A DNA stretch of 43,718 nucleotides from an uncultured bacterium (lineage in GTDB: Bacteria > Eisenbacteria > RBG-16-71-46 > JABDJR01 > JAWXBZ01): the NCBI GenBank assembly GCA_964596775.1, contig CAZQVN010000008.1, forward strand, positions 1 through 43,718, written 5' to 3'. A program made the translations under genes and the position numbers. Positions 33,380 to 41,672 of the stretch are shown piece after piece. Numbering within the stretch: the stretch's first letter is position 1; every line of letters begins with the position of its first letter. The notes below the pieces were generated by a model, which was not told the origin of the DNA, made no database searches, and worked only from the letters and a program-made list of their open reading frames with translations.

Positions 33380-36300
33380 TCAGCCGGAGATCCGTTCCCG
33401 AGTCCGCAGGGCCTGGTCCAGGTACGGGCGGGCGCCCGCTTCCTCGAGGAGTCGAATGCCCCGGTCCAGGTCCGCGGAGGCCTCCTCCGAACGCCCCGAC
33501 GCCGCGCTGACGAGGGCCCGCGCATGCAGAGAGCGTCCGAGGACGACGCGGGAATCGATCCCTTCGCTGATGCGGACCGCGGCGTCCAGGGGTTCCCGGG
33601 CCTGGTCCGGCCGGTCCTGCGCCATCCAGACTTCGCCGAGGGCCAGCCGGGCCCGTGATTCCATGACATGCGATCCGCTGGATGCCGCCATCTCCAGGTA
33701 ATACTCGGCGGCCTCGCGGGCTTCCTCGTGGAGACCGAGCGCGGCGAGGGTGCGGCTTCTGCCCGGTTCGATCAGGCTGCGGGAGATCATGTGATCGCTG
33801 CCGGAGAGGATTTTCACGTACGTCTCATGAATGGCCTGCGCCTGCACCCACTCCTCGCGCAGAACGTGGAGCAGGGCGACGGCGGACAGGGCGCAGACAC
33901 GCAGATGTTTCTGGTCCAGTTCGCCCAGGCTCCGGACGGCCTCGCGCCCGAGCGATTCGGCTATCTCGAGATGCCCCGACTCGGCCTCGACGGTGGCCAG
34001 GAACACCGACGAGAGGAGGGCGAGCCGGTTTTCCCCGATGTTGCGGCAGATCTCGATCGCCTGGCTGTACCCCTCCCGCGCTTCGGCGAGGCGTCCGCCG
34101 TTGTACTCCGCCAGCCCTTCGCCGAACAGCGACCAGGCGATGCGGTCCCGGGCGCCCATCTCGTTCCCCAGCGCCCGGTTTTTCCGGCCGTGCTCGAGCG
34201 CCTGCTCGCGGTGCCCGATCATCGCCAGGCATTCGTTCAGGAATTCGTGTCCGAGGGCGACCGCCGGCGGGTACTTCCTGTCCATCCCGAGCTTGAGAGT
34301 GCGCTCGGCCCAGTCCCTGCCCTGGGCCAGCAGGCCCTTGTGCTGGTGCGCCCCCGCCATGTAGCCGTAGATGCGCGTCAGTTCCTCCGGGTCGTCGAAC
34401 GGCTCGGCCATGGCCAGCGCCCGCTCGAGGAACTCGATCGACCGGCCGTGCTGGCCGAGGTAATGGTGATAGCGCCCCATCATGGTGTTGGCGGTGACGA
34501 GGTACCGGCCCTGCGTGGCCGGATCCAGTTCCGCCATGGCTTCCTCGAGATAGCGATGACCACTGAGGTGCCCGGTGGCGGCATAAGCCTCCCCGATCTT
34601 GGCCTTGAGCATGGCGCGCCGGGCCGGGTCCTCCGTCAGCGCCAGGGCGTTCTCCAGGGCTTCGGCGGCCTTGAGATGAAAACCGCGGGCCAGCTGGATT
34701 TCGCCGATACCTTCACCGATGTGGGCCTTGAGGTCGTCGCGGTCCAGCGATTCCGCGCATTCCAGGGCCTGCTCGTAGTAGCGGAACGATTCGTCCAGGG
34801 CGAAGAGCCGGGCGGCCTGCACCGCGGCCCGCTCGGCGTAGGCGTAGCCCTGTTCCAGGTTTCCGGCGTGGATGAAGTGATGCGCAAGCTCCTGCACCCG
34901 GTCGTCGATCGTCGACGCGTAGAGCCTGAGCAGCCCCTCGCCGATCCGGAGATGGAGGCGCCGACGGCGGATCGGATTCTGCTCCTCGTAGAGCACTTCG
35001 CGGATCTTGTCGTGGGTGAACGAGAACGCCTCGCCGCGGTCCGGGCGCACGAGCTGGAGGCTGGCCGCCTCGTCGAGCGCGTCGAGGATCGCGTCCTCGG
35101 TCATCGTGAGCACCGCGGCCAGCTCGTTGAACTCGAACGTCTTGCCGAGCGCCGCGGCCGAGTGGAGCATCTCCATGCAGGGGGCGCCGACATTGTTCAG
35201 GCGCCGGCCGATCGCCTCCTTGACGCTCTGGGGAATGGCGAGGTCGCGGACCTCGCCGCGCTGCCACTCGCGCCCGTCGTGATGGATCTGCCCCTGCTCG
35301 ATGAGCGACTTGACGACCTCCTCGATGAAGAACGGGTTCCCCTCGGTTTCCCGGAACAGCGCGTCGGCGAACTCCGGCGCCACCGACTTCTGCCCGAACA
35401 GGGTGGCGAGCATCGCCCCGGTTTCCGCCGCGGTCAGGCGGTCGAGCGCGAACCGGGTGACGAGGTGCTCGCGGTTCCACTGGACCAGCGACGAAGCGAG
35501 CGGATGCGCGCGGTCCAGTTCGATCTCGCGGTACGCTCCGAGAAAGAAGACCCGGTCGTTCTTCGTCTGGCGGAGCAGGTAGTGCAGCAGCGACAGGGTG
35601 CCCTGGTCGGCCCAGTGCAGGTCGTCGAGGAAGACGAGCACGCCGCTCGTCGCGGCGCGCTGGCGGAGGAACCGCGCCACATGATCGAACAGGCGGAGCT
35701 TCTCCTCGTTCGGCGGCAGCGGCGGATTCGGCGGCAGGGGACCGATGAGATTGTCGATTTCCGGTGCCAGCCGGGTGAGTTCCGCGCCGAGGGGACCGAT
35801 CTCGGTGCGCAGCGTATCCGCGGAGTGGCCGCGGACCCAGCCGCGGAGTGCTTCCACGAACGGGAGATAGGGAGTGGTGGCCTCGAACTCGTAGCATCCT
35901 CCCCGCAGGATCAGCGCGCCGGACAGCTGTGCGTAGACCATGATGTCGTTGGCGAGCCGCGTCTTCCCCACGCCCGGTTCGCCGGAGATCAGCGCCATGC
36001 CCCCCTGCCCCTTGCGCGCCTGCGACCAGAGGTCGCGCAGGGCCTGCAGCTCCCCGCGCCGGCCGACGAGCCGTCCCCGCGCCAGTTTTCCGAGCAGCGA
36101 CACCGTGGAGGCCTGGGACTCGCCGGGCAGGCCGGCTTCCTCGGCCGGTCCGATCACCACCTTTTCCAGCGCCTCGGCGGCCTCGCGGGCGTCGGCAAAG
36201 CGCTCCTCGCGGCGCTTCGCGAGAAGCCGGAGGAGGATCGCCTCCATGGCGTCCGGAACATCGGGCCGGAAGTTCTTCGGCGGGATCACCGGGGCGTTCA

Positions 36301-36979
36301 GGTGTTCGGAGATCACCATGAGCGGATCGTCGCTCGTGAACGGGGGGCGGCCGGTGATCAACTCGTAGAGCAGGACGCCGAGGGAGTAGAGATCGGCGCG
36401 GCCGTCCACCTCCTCGCCGAGCGCCTGCTCGGGGGCGAGATAGGCCGGGGTGCCGATGAGCGCGCCGTCCTGGGTGATGCAGGAACCGGCGCCGATCCGG
36501 GCCACGCCGAGGTCGGTGATCTTGGCGGTGACGGACTCCGCGTCGTCCAGGAGCAGCACGTTGCCCGGCTTGATGTCGCGGTGCACGATGCCCTGGTCGT
36601 GCACGTGGGCCAGGGCGTCGCAGAGCTGGATGGCGAGGTCGCGGATCGCTTCGAGCGTGAGCCCGGTCGCGGCGCGGAGATCGCGGCCGTCGACGAGTTC
36701 CATCACGATGAACGCGCGGCCGTCGGTTTCGCCGGTGTCGTAGACGGCCACGACATGGGGGTGGTTGATCCGCGCGGCCGCCCGGGCCTCCTCGAGCAGA
36801 CGGGCGCGCCCGTCCGCGTCCAGCGAGCTGCCGGCCAGGATCTTCACGGCGACGTCGCGCGCGAGACGCTCGTCATGCGCGCGGTACACGTGACCCATGC
36901 CGCCCCGGCCGATTTCCGAGAGAAGCCGGTAGCGCCCGGCAAGCACGGTGTCCCGGGGGATGGGGCCGGTGTCCTTCAT
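33380..36979 (-). CDS. PknK-like Ser/Thr protein kinase fused to AAA+ (STAND/MalT-like) ATPase and TPR-like C-terminal region
   Basis: Hanks kinase motifs (GRGGMGHVY, VAVK, HRDIKPGNVLL, DLGVAR) are followed by Walker A GEPGVGKTRL and about 600 aa of helical repeats. SD GGGAGG is upstream, and the start overlaps the upstream gene stop (ATGA). Confidence 0.85.
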   Translation of the reverse strand: MKDTGPIPRDTVLAGRYRLLSEIGRGGMGHVYRAHDERLARDVAVKILAGSSLDADGRARLLEEARAAARINHPHVVAVYDTGETDGRAFIVMELVDGRDLRAATGLTLEAIRDLAIQLCDALAHVHDQGIVHRDIKPGNVLLLDDAESVTAKITDLGVARIGAGSCITQDGALIGTPAYLAPEQALGEEVDGRADLYSLGVLLYELITGRPPFTSDDPLMVISEHLNAPVIPPKNFRPDVPDAMEAILLRLLAKRREERFADAREAAEALEKVVIGPAEEAGLPGESQASTVSLLGKLARGRLVGRRGELQALRDLWSQARKGQGGMALISGEPGVGKTRLANDIMVYAQLSGALILRGGCYEFEATTPYLPFVEALRGWVRGHSADTLRTEIGPLGAELTRLAPEIDNLIGPLPPNPPLPPNEEKLRLFDHVARFLRQRAATSGVLVFLDDLHWADQGTLSLLHYLLRQTKNDRVFFLGAYREIELDRAHPLASSLVQWNREHLVTRFALDRLTAAETGAMLATLFGQKSVAPEFADALFRETEGNPFFIEEVVKSLIEQGQIHHDGREWQRGEVRDLAIPQSVKEAIGRRLNNVGAPCMEMLHSAAALGKTFEFNELAAVLTMTEDAILDALDEAASLQLVRPDRGEAFSFTHDKIREVLYEEQNPIRRRRLHLRIGEGLLRLYASTIDDRVQELAHHFIHAGNLEQGYAYAERAAVQAARLFALDESFRYYEQALECAESLDRDDLKAHIGEGIGEIQLARGFHLKAAEALENALALTEDPARRAMLKAKIGEAYAATGHLSGHRYLEEAMAELDPATQGRYLVTANTMMGRYHHYLGQHGRSIEFLERALAMAEPFDDPEELTRIYGYMAGAHQHKGLLAQGRDWAERTLKLGMDRKYPPAVALGHEFLNECLAMIGHREQALEHGRKNRALGNEMGARDRIAWSLFGEGLAEYNGGRLAEAREGYSQAIEICRNIGENRLALLSSVFLATVEAESGHLEIAESLGREAVRSLGELDQKHLRVCALSAVALLHVLREEWVQAQAIHETYVKILSGSDHMISRSLIEPGRSRTLAALGLHEEAREAAEYYLEMAASSGSHVMESRARLALGEVWMAQDRPDQAREPLDAAVRISEGIDSRVVLGRSLHARALVSAASGRSEEASADLDRGIRLLEEAGARPYLDQALRTRERISG

Positions 36980-37686
36980 CGGTTCCTCCCGGTCAGCGCC
37001 CGGGTTTCCTCGGCTGCGGCCTCGACGGCCGCGGGATCGGCGCCCTTGAAGATGAGGCGCACGAACCAGCCGTTCTCGTCGCGCACCGGGTAGGAGCCGA
37101 TGGCCACGCCGGGGTGGCGGGCCTGGATGGCCGTCAATCCGTCGGCAAAATCGCCCTCGCGGAGGCGCGTCATGAGTTCCACCCGGTGATCCGGGCGGCC
37201 GCTGAACTCGGGGGCGACGGCTTCGAAGATGTCGACGAGGAGATCGGGGACGCCGGGAAAGACGTAGATCTTGTCGACGGCAAAACCGAACACGCCGGTC
37301 TTCTGCCCGGGAAGAACCCGGGCGCCGTGCGGGAGGAGCGCCATCTTCAGCTCCGCCGGGGTGATCCCGGGCCCGTAACCCTTGCGCAGGCGCTGTTCCG
37401 CCTCGGCGTGAACCGCCAGGGGAATGCTGAGCGATTGCGCCACGGACTCGCGGGTCCGGTCGTCATGGGTCGGACCGATGCCCCCGGTGAGGAGGATCCG
37501 GTCGTACAGCGACAAACCGCCGCGGATCCCTTCGGTGATCGCGTCATCCTCGTCGGGGACAACGAGGATCGAAGCCACCTTCGTGCCGAGGCCGCTGAGG
37601 CGGCGGGCCAGATAGTGGATGTTCCGGTCCTCGACTTCGCCGCTCAGGACTTCGTTTCCGATGATGACGATCCGGGCTGTGAGCAT
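36976..37686 (-). CDS. CinA N-terminal-domain / MoaB-MogA-like molybdopterin-binding-fold protein
   Basis: MLTARIVIIGNEVLSGEVEDRN...LLTGGIGPTHDD matches the CinA/MocF fold. The ORF-track extension to 38373 runs antisense through the CBS gene and was rejected. Confidence 0.7.
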   Translation of the reverse strand: MLTARIVIIGNEVLSGEVEDRNIHYLARRLSGLGTKVASILVVPDEDDAITEGIRGGLSLYDRILLTGGIGPTHDDRTRESVAQSLSIPLAVHAEAEQRLRKGYGPGITPAELKMALLPHGARVLPGQKTGVFGFAVDKIYVFPGVPDLLVDIFEAVAPEFSGRPDHRVELMTRLREGDFADGLTAIQARHPGVAIGSYPVRDENGWFVRLIFKGADPAAVEAAAEETRALTGRNR

Positions 37687-37842
37687 CTGTTCGATGGGCC
37701 TGACTGTGGCACGAGTGAATGAACGTCGTCGCCGGGCCGGAACGGCCCTGCGACCCTTCGGGGCGCGTTGACGCTGTTCCCGGGCCTCATTATAGTGGGG
37801 AAGTTCGCCTTTACACCACCACCTCAGGCACGGGGGCACGCG

Positions 37843-38295
37843 ATGAAGACGATCGGAAGTCTGATCCGGGGGCGCGAGGTCTTTTTCATTGAACCCTCCG
37901 CAACGGTCATGGAGACCGTACAACTTCTCGTCGAAAAGAAGGTCGGAGCCGTTCCCGTCCTGGAGAACGGGAGGGTCGTCGGCATTTTCTCGGAACGCGA
38001 TCTGTTGACGCGCGTCGTGGCGAAGGGGTTGTCCCCGGACACGGTGAAGGTGGCGGACGTCATGAGCCGGGACATCATCGTGGCGCAGGCCTCGGACACG
38101 ATCGATGAATGCGAACAGCGGATGAACCAGGCGCGCATCCGCCACGTACCCGTTGTGGAAGGGGACCGGATGATCGGGTTCGTGTCCCTCCGCGGTCTTC
38201 TCCAGGAGGAAGTTTCCGAGAAGAGCGAGGAAATCGAGTACCTGAACTCCTACATCCACTTCCAGCCCCCGGCCCCGGAAGCGGGCGAAGCGTAA
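37843..38295 (+). CDS. CBS-pair domain protein
   Basis: Two CBS motifs are present (VGAVPVLENGRVVGIFSERDLL, RHVPVVEGDRMIGFVSLRGLL). The ATG at 37843 is preferred over the upstream TTG at 37768. Confidence 0.75.
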   Translation: MKTIGSLIRGREVFFIEPSATVMETVQLLVEKKVGAVPVLENGRVVGIFSERDLLTRVVAKGLSPDTVKVADVMSRDIIVAQASDTIDECEQRMNQARIRHVPVVEGDRMIGFVSLRGLLQEEVSEKSEEIEYLNSYIHFQPPAPEAGEA

Positions 38296-38299
38296 CCCC

Positions 38300-38767
38300 T
38301 TGGCGATCACCGAAGTCAGCCTCAGCCTCGAAGAGGGGAACGTTTGCCAGATCTTCACGAAGACGCACATCATCGCCGCGGACGATCCGGCCGATCCCGA
38401 GGCCGAGGACGAGGGGCCGACGCCCCTGGAATACGTGATGGCCGGCTACGGCGCCTCGGCGGCGATCGCGGTGAAGGAAACGGCGGACCGGCTGGACATC
38501 GAGGTGGAGGAGGTCCAGGCCAGCGTCAAGTGGCGGACGACGCACCGCAGGCTGATGGACACCGACGAGCCGCGGACGCCCCACGCGATCCAGCGGGAAA
38601 TCCGCATCCGGGTGGGCCGTGACATTTCCGAGCAGGAGCGGGACGCGCTGATCGCGGCCGCCAAGTCGTGCCCGGTGGACCGGGCCCTGGCCGGCGGTCC
38701 GAAGGTCGAGGACGCGCTGTACGTGTTCGGTTACGCCGATCCGGACGGCGGAGAGCCGGCGGAGTAG
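38300..38767 (+). CDS. OsmC/Ohr-family-like protein (second Cys position substituted)
   Basis: TPLEYVMAGYGAS...AAKSCPV resembles the OsmC core. The TTG start lies 5 nt after the CBS stop. Its 3' end overlaps the convergent GreA-fusion gene by 37 bp. Confidence 0.5.
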   Translation: MAITEVSLSLEEGNVCQIFTKTHIIAADDPADPEAEDEGPTPLEYVMAGYGASAAIAVKETADRLDIEVEEVQASVKWRTTHRRLMDTDEPRTPHAIQREIRIRVGRDISEQERDALIAAAKSCPVDRALAGGPKVEDALYVFGYADPDGGEPAE

Positions 38768-41481
38768 ACCACCCCCGCCGGAGGCCCCGCCGGCTTTTTC
38801 TCGGCGACCGAGAGCAGCGTGAACTTCTTCACGGTTTCGCCGGTCACGTAATCGAACGCCTCCCCCGCCTTCCGTCCGTACATCGAGCGGCCGAGCGGCG
38901 CGCGGTACGAAATGACGTTGTCGCCGTAGACGCCGTCGCCCTCGCCGAGAATCCAGTACTCCGCCTCGACGCCGGTCTCCTCGTCGCGGATGCGGACGAG
39001 CGTGGCCGGGCCGGCCTTCGTGCCGTCCACGGTCAGGTCTTCGAGGATGCGCACCTTCTCCAGGTGGGCATCGAGCTGGGTCAGGCGCTTGGACGCGTTC
39101 GCCTGTTTCAGCTTGGCCGCTTCGTACTCCGCGTTTTCCTTGAGATCTCCGAGTTCGCGCGCCTTGCGGATGGCGGCTGGGATGACCGTCTTCAGGTCGA
39201 GGTTGACCCGGGCCAGCTCCGCGGACAGCGTTTCGAACGTGAAGCGGGTCATGATGATGGCGCCGCTCATGATGTCGTCCTGGGGCGCGGCGCTGAACAG
39301 CTTGGCGTGCGCCTGGGCGCGCTTCGACTGGACGGACTGGACGACCGCGGAGAGTCCGGCGTCGTCGAACGCATCGAGAATCGGGAACAGCACGCGGTCC
39401 GAGGCGCGCCAGTCGCGCAGGCGGGCCATGAGGATCGATTCCGTTCTTTCGTCGGGCGGGCAGGCGCGCACGCGCGACATCAGCCCCCCCCTGGCATCCA
39501 TCAGCTTGATCCCCTTCTTGCGGACCGGCTCGCGGCCGGTCGTGTTCAGCAGGTCGAGGACGCCGATGAGGACGGACCAGAGAATCACGTCGTAGCGCCC
39601 GTCGTTGTCCGCGTCGGCGGCCACGCGATCGGCGGCCACGAACAGCGCGTCGATGTTGTCGGACGGCGCTTCCGAAAGCCGGCGGTAGAAGGCCACCGGG
39701 TCGGGGTTGCCCTCCCTGAACAGGCTGTCGAATGCGCGATCGCGGAGCGTGGCGGAGCGGGCGTTCAATCCCACCGCCAGCGCGTCGGCGCGGGCGGAAC
39801 TGGCCAGGCCGATGTCGAGCATCTCGATCTGCTCGGCCTGGCTTCCGGCCGTGGACAGGTCGAAGCGCTCGGTAAAGAAGTCGATGATCGCGGCGCGGTG
39901 TTCGCTCTTCCTGTCGGACTGCCACTTCGAAAGCAGCAGATGCGCCCGGGCCCGCTCCGGCAGCTTCGCCGAAGTGCGGGACGACCACTTTTCGACCCGC
40001 TCGGCGTACTTCTTCATCAGGGCATCCGAGGAACCGGGGTGATGTTCAAGGTAACCGAGGACGAGGTCCATGTTGTGATGGATCCCCTGCGGCTCGTCGA
40101 TCGGAAGTTCGACGGCCACGTCCTCGTCGTCGTCGAGGTTCTGCGCGGGGTCCGGGAGGGCGTAGCTGTCGCGGAAGGCCTGGCGCGCGTCGATCCGCGG
40201 GTCGGAGGCCATGGCCGTCTTGGCCTTTTTCCACCAGCCGCTCCACTCGCCCGTGGCCAGCACGGCCGGAACCAGGATTTTCCGGAGCGCCGGGCCGTCC
40301 GCTTCACCGCCGGCGCGCCGCAGGCCGATGATGACCAGCTCCACGGGATCCTCGGTCACGAGTTTCCGAAGCCGGTCCTTGTGGAACGCGACGAGCACCT
40401 TGAGATCGTCGGCCGGGAGGCTGGCGAGGACCTGGCTGGCGGCCTTGAGATTCATCCGGTGGTTCGGTTTCGTGGCGAACTTGATCGTCAGCGATTCGCC
40501 GTCGTTGTCGAGGATTTCGCCGAGCCCCCAGCCGGAGTGCTCCACGTAGAACCCGGGGGAGTAGGGGAGAACCGTGTCGAGCATCTTCAATCCTTCCGCC
40601 GCCGGCAGGGCCAGGCGGCCGAGACCGGAGACCTCGATCATCCGCTCGATGGCCGGGAGGTTCTTGCGGGCTTCCTTGAGAACGGTCACCGCGAGCGGCC
40701 GCCAGGCGTTCGCGCCGGGGTGGCGTTCGAGCGCGTGCCGGGCCGTTTTCCAGGCGGCTTCGGCCAGGTTGTGCCGGAGAGCGCCGGGCAGGATCATTTC
40801 GAACAGCGCGGCGGCGGGATCCCCGAATCCCTCTTTCGTCAGTGCGTCCACGGCCTCGAGGCAGCGCAGGAACACCGAGGCTTCCGGGGCTTCGACGAGC
40901 CGGAGGATCGTTTCCTCGACCCGCGCGATGTCCTTTTCCTCGGCCAGCGGAGTCAGCGACGCGGCGAGCAGGCGGCGCCCTTCCTTCGACGTGCCGCGGT
41001 CCTCGAGCATCGATCCGAGGCACCAGGTCAGCTCGTGGAAATCGGGGAGCTGCGTGTGCGCGGCCCGGAGCGTTTCCTCGGACACGGCGGAGCCGCCCGA
41101 CTTTTTCCAGGCGCGGACCAGGTAGCGGGCCGCGGCCATCGATTCCGAGGCGGTGAGCCACTCGCCGGCAACGCGGGAGAGGACGGGCCACGCCTCCTGC
41201 TGATTCAGCTTTTCGCAGAGCGGCTGGTACAGCTGGTCGGCCAGGTCGAGGTCGCCCCGCAGGCGGGCGAGTGCCGCTTCCACGTACGTGCGCGCCGTCT
41301 GAACGCCCTGGCGGGCCGGCAGCTTGCCGAGATGGCCGTCGACGCCGTCCAGCGTCTTGTTTTCCGCGGCGGCCGAGAGGGCCGTGGACAGGGCGGCGTA
41401 GCCGTCGGTATCGAGATCGGCGGCGCCGTTCGCGCCGAGAGCCGATTCGAGGGCGGCCGAAAGGTCGGCGGATGAGCTCAT
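38731..41481 (-). CDS. Giant GreA-family protein: ~750-aa N-terminal region of unknown function fused to a C-terminal GreA/GreB transcript-cleavage-factor domain
   Basis: The C-terminal ~160 aa form a canonical GreA domain (LSAELARVNLDLKTVIPAAIRKARELGDLKENAEYEAAKLKQ...FKBP-like tail). The frame is continuous. The start is placed at Met57 (the ATG at 41481, MSSSADLSAALE), with Met1 at 41649 as the alternative. The antisense 935-aa ORF is Arg-rich noise. Confidence 0.7.
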   Translation of the reverse strand: MSSSADLSAALESALGANGAADLDTDGYAALSTALSAAAENKTLDGVDGHLGKLPARQGVQTARTYVEAALARLRGDLDLADQLYQPLCEKLNQQEAWPVLSRVAGEWLTASESMAAARYLVRAWKKSGGSAVSEETLRAAHTQLPDFHELTWCLGSMLEDRGTSKEGRRLLAASLTPLAEEKDIARVEETILRLVEAPEASVFLRCLEAVDALTKEGFGDPAAALFEMILPGALRHNLAEAAWKTARHALERHPGANAWRPLAVTVLKEARKNLPAIERMIEVSGLGRLALPAAEGLKMLDTVLPYSPGFYVEHSGWGLGEILDNDGESLTIKFATKPNHRMNLKAASQVLASLPADDLKVLVAFHKDRLRKLVTEDPVELVIIGLRRAGGEADGPALRKILVPAVLATGEWSGWWKKAKTAMASDPRIDARQAFRDSYALPDPAQNLDDDEDVAVELPIDEPQGIHHNMDLVLGYLEHHPGSSDALMKKYAERVEKWSSRTSAKLPERARAHLLLSKWQSDRKSEHRAAIIDFFTERFDLSTAGSQAEQIEMLDIGLASSARADALAVGLNARSATLRDRAFDSLFREGNPDPVAFYRRLSEAPSDNIDALFVAADRVAADADNDGRYDVILWSVLIGVLDLLNTTGREPVRKKGIKLMDARGGLMSRVRACPPDERTESILMARLRDWRASDRVLFPILDAFDDAGLSAVVQSVQSKRAQAHAKLFSAAPQDDIMSGAIIMTRFTFETLSAELARVNLDLKTVIPAAIRKARELGDLKENAEYEAAKLKQANASKRLTQLDAHLEKVRILEDLTVDGTKAGPATLVRIRDEETGVEAEYWILGEGDGVYGDNVISYRAPLGRSMYGRKAGEAFDYVTGETVKKFTLLSVAEKKPAGPPAGVVYSAGSPPSGSA

Positions 41482-41672
41482 GGGGGGAAGTCTCCCTCTG
41501 GATAAGGCAAAAGAGAGCGGTGACCCCGTTGATCGGGGCCGGACCGCACGCTTCATTTGAAGAATGAAAGCCATCATGTATACCCTATATGGCCTGTTTC
41601 TGGCAACCGAAGGGGCGACCGGCTGTGGTACTCTACACGGACCCATCACCCACTTTCCGGAGACTCGAAGAC

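Noticed and set aside
33668-41475. Plus-strand 1141-aa and 935-aa ORFs, the minus-strand 394-aa and 637-aa ORFs, and the 37687-38373 extension of the CinA-like ORF
   Set aside because: Antisense or out-of-frame relative to the kinase, the GreA fusion and the CBS/OsmC genes. Compositions are dominated by Arg/Gly/Ala/Pro.
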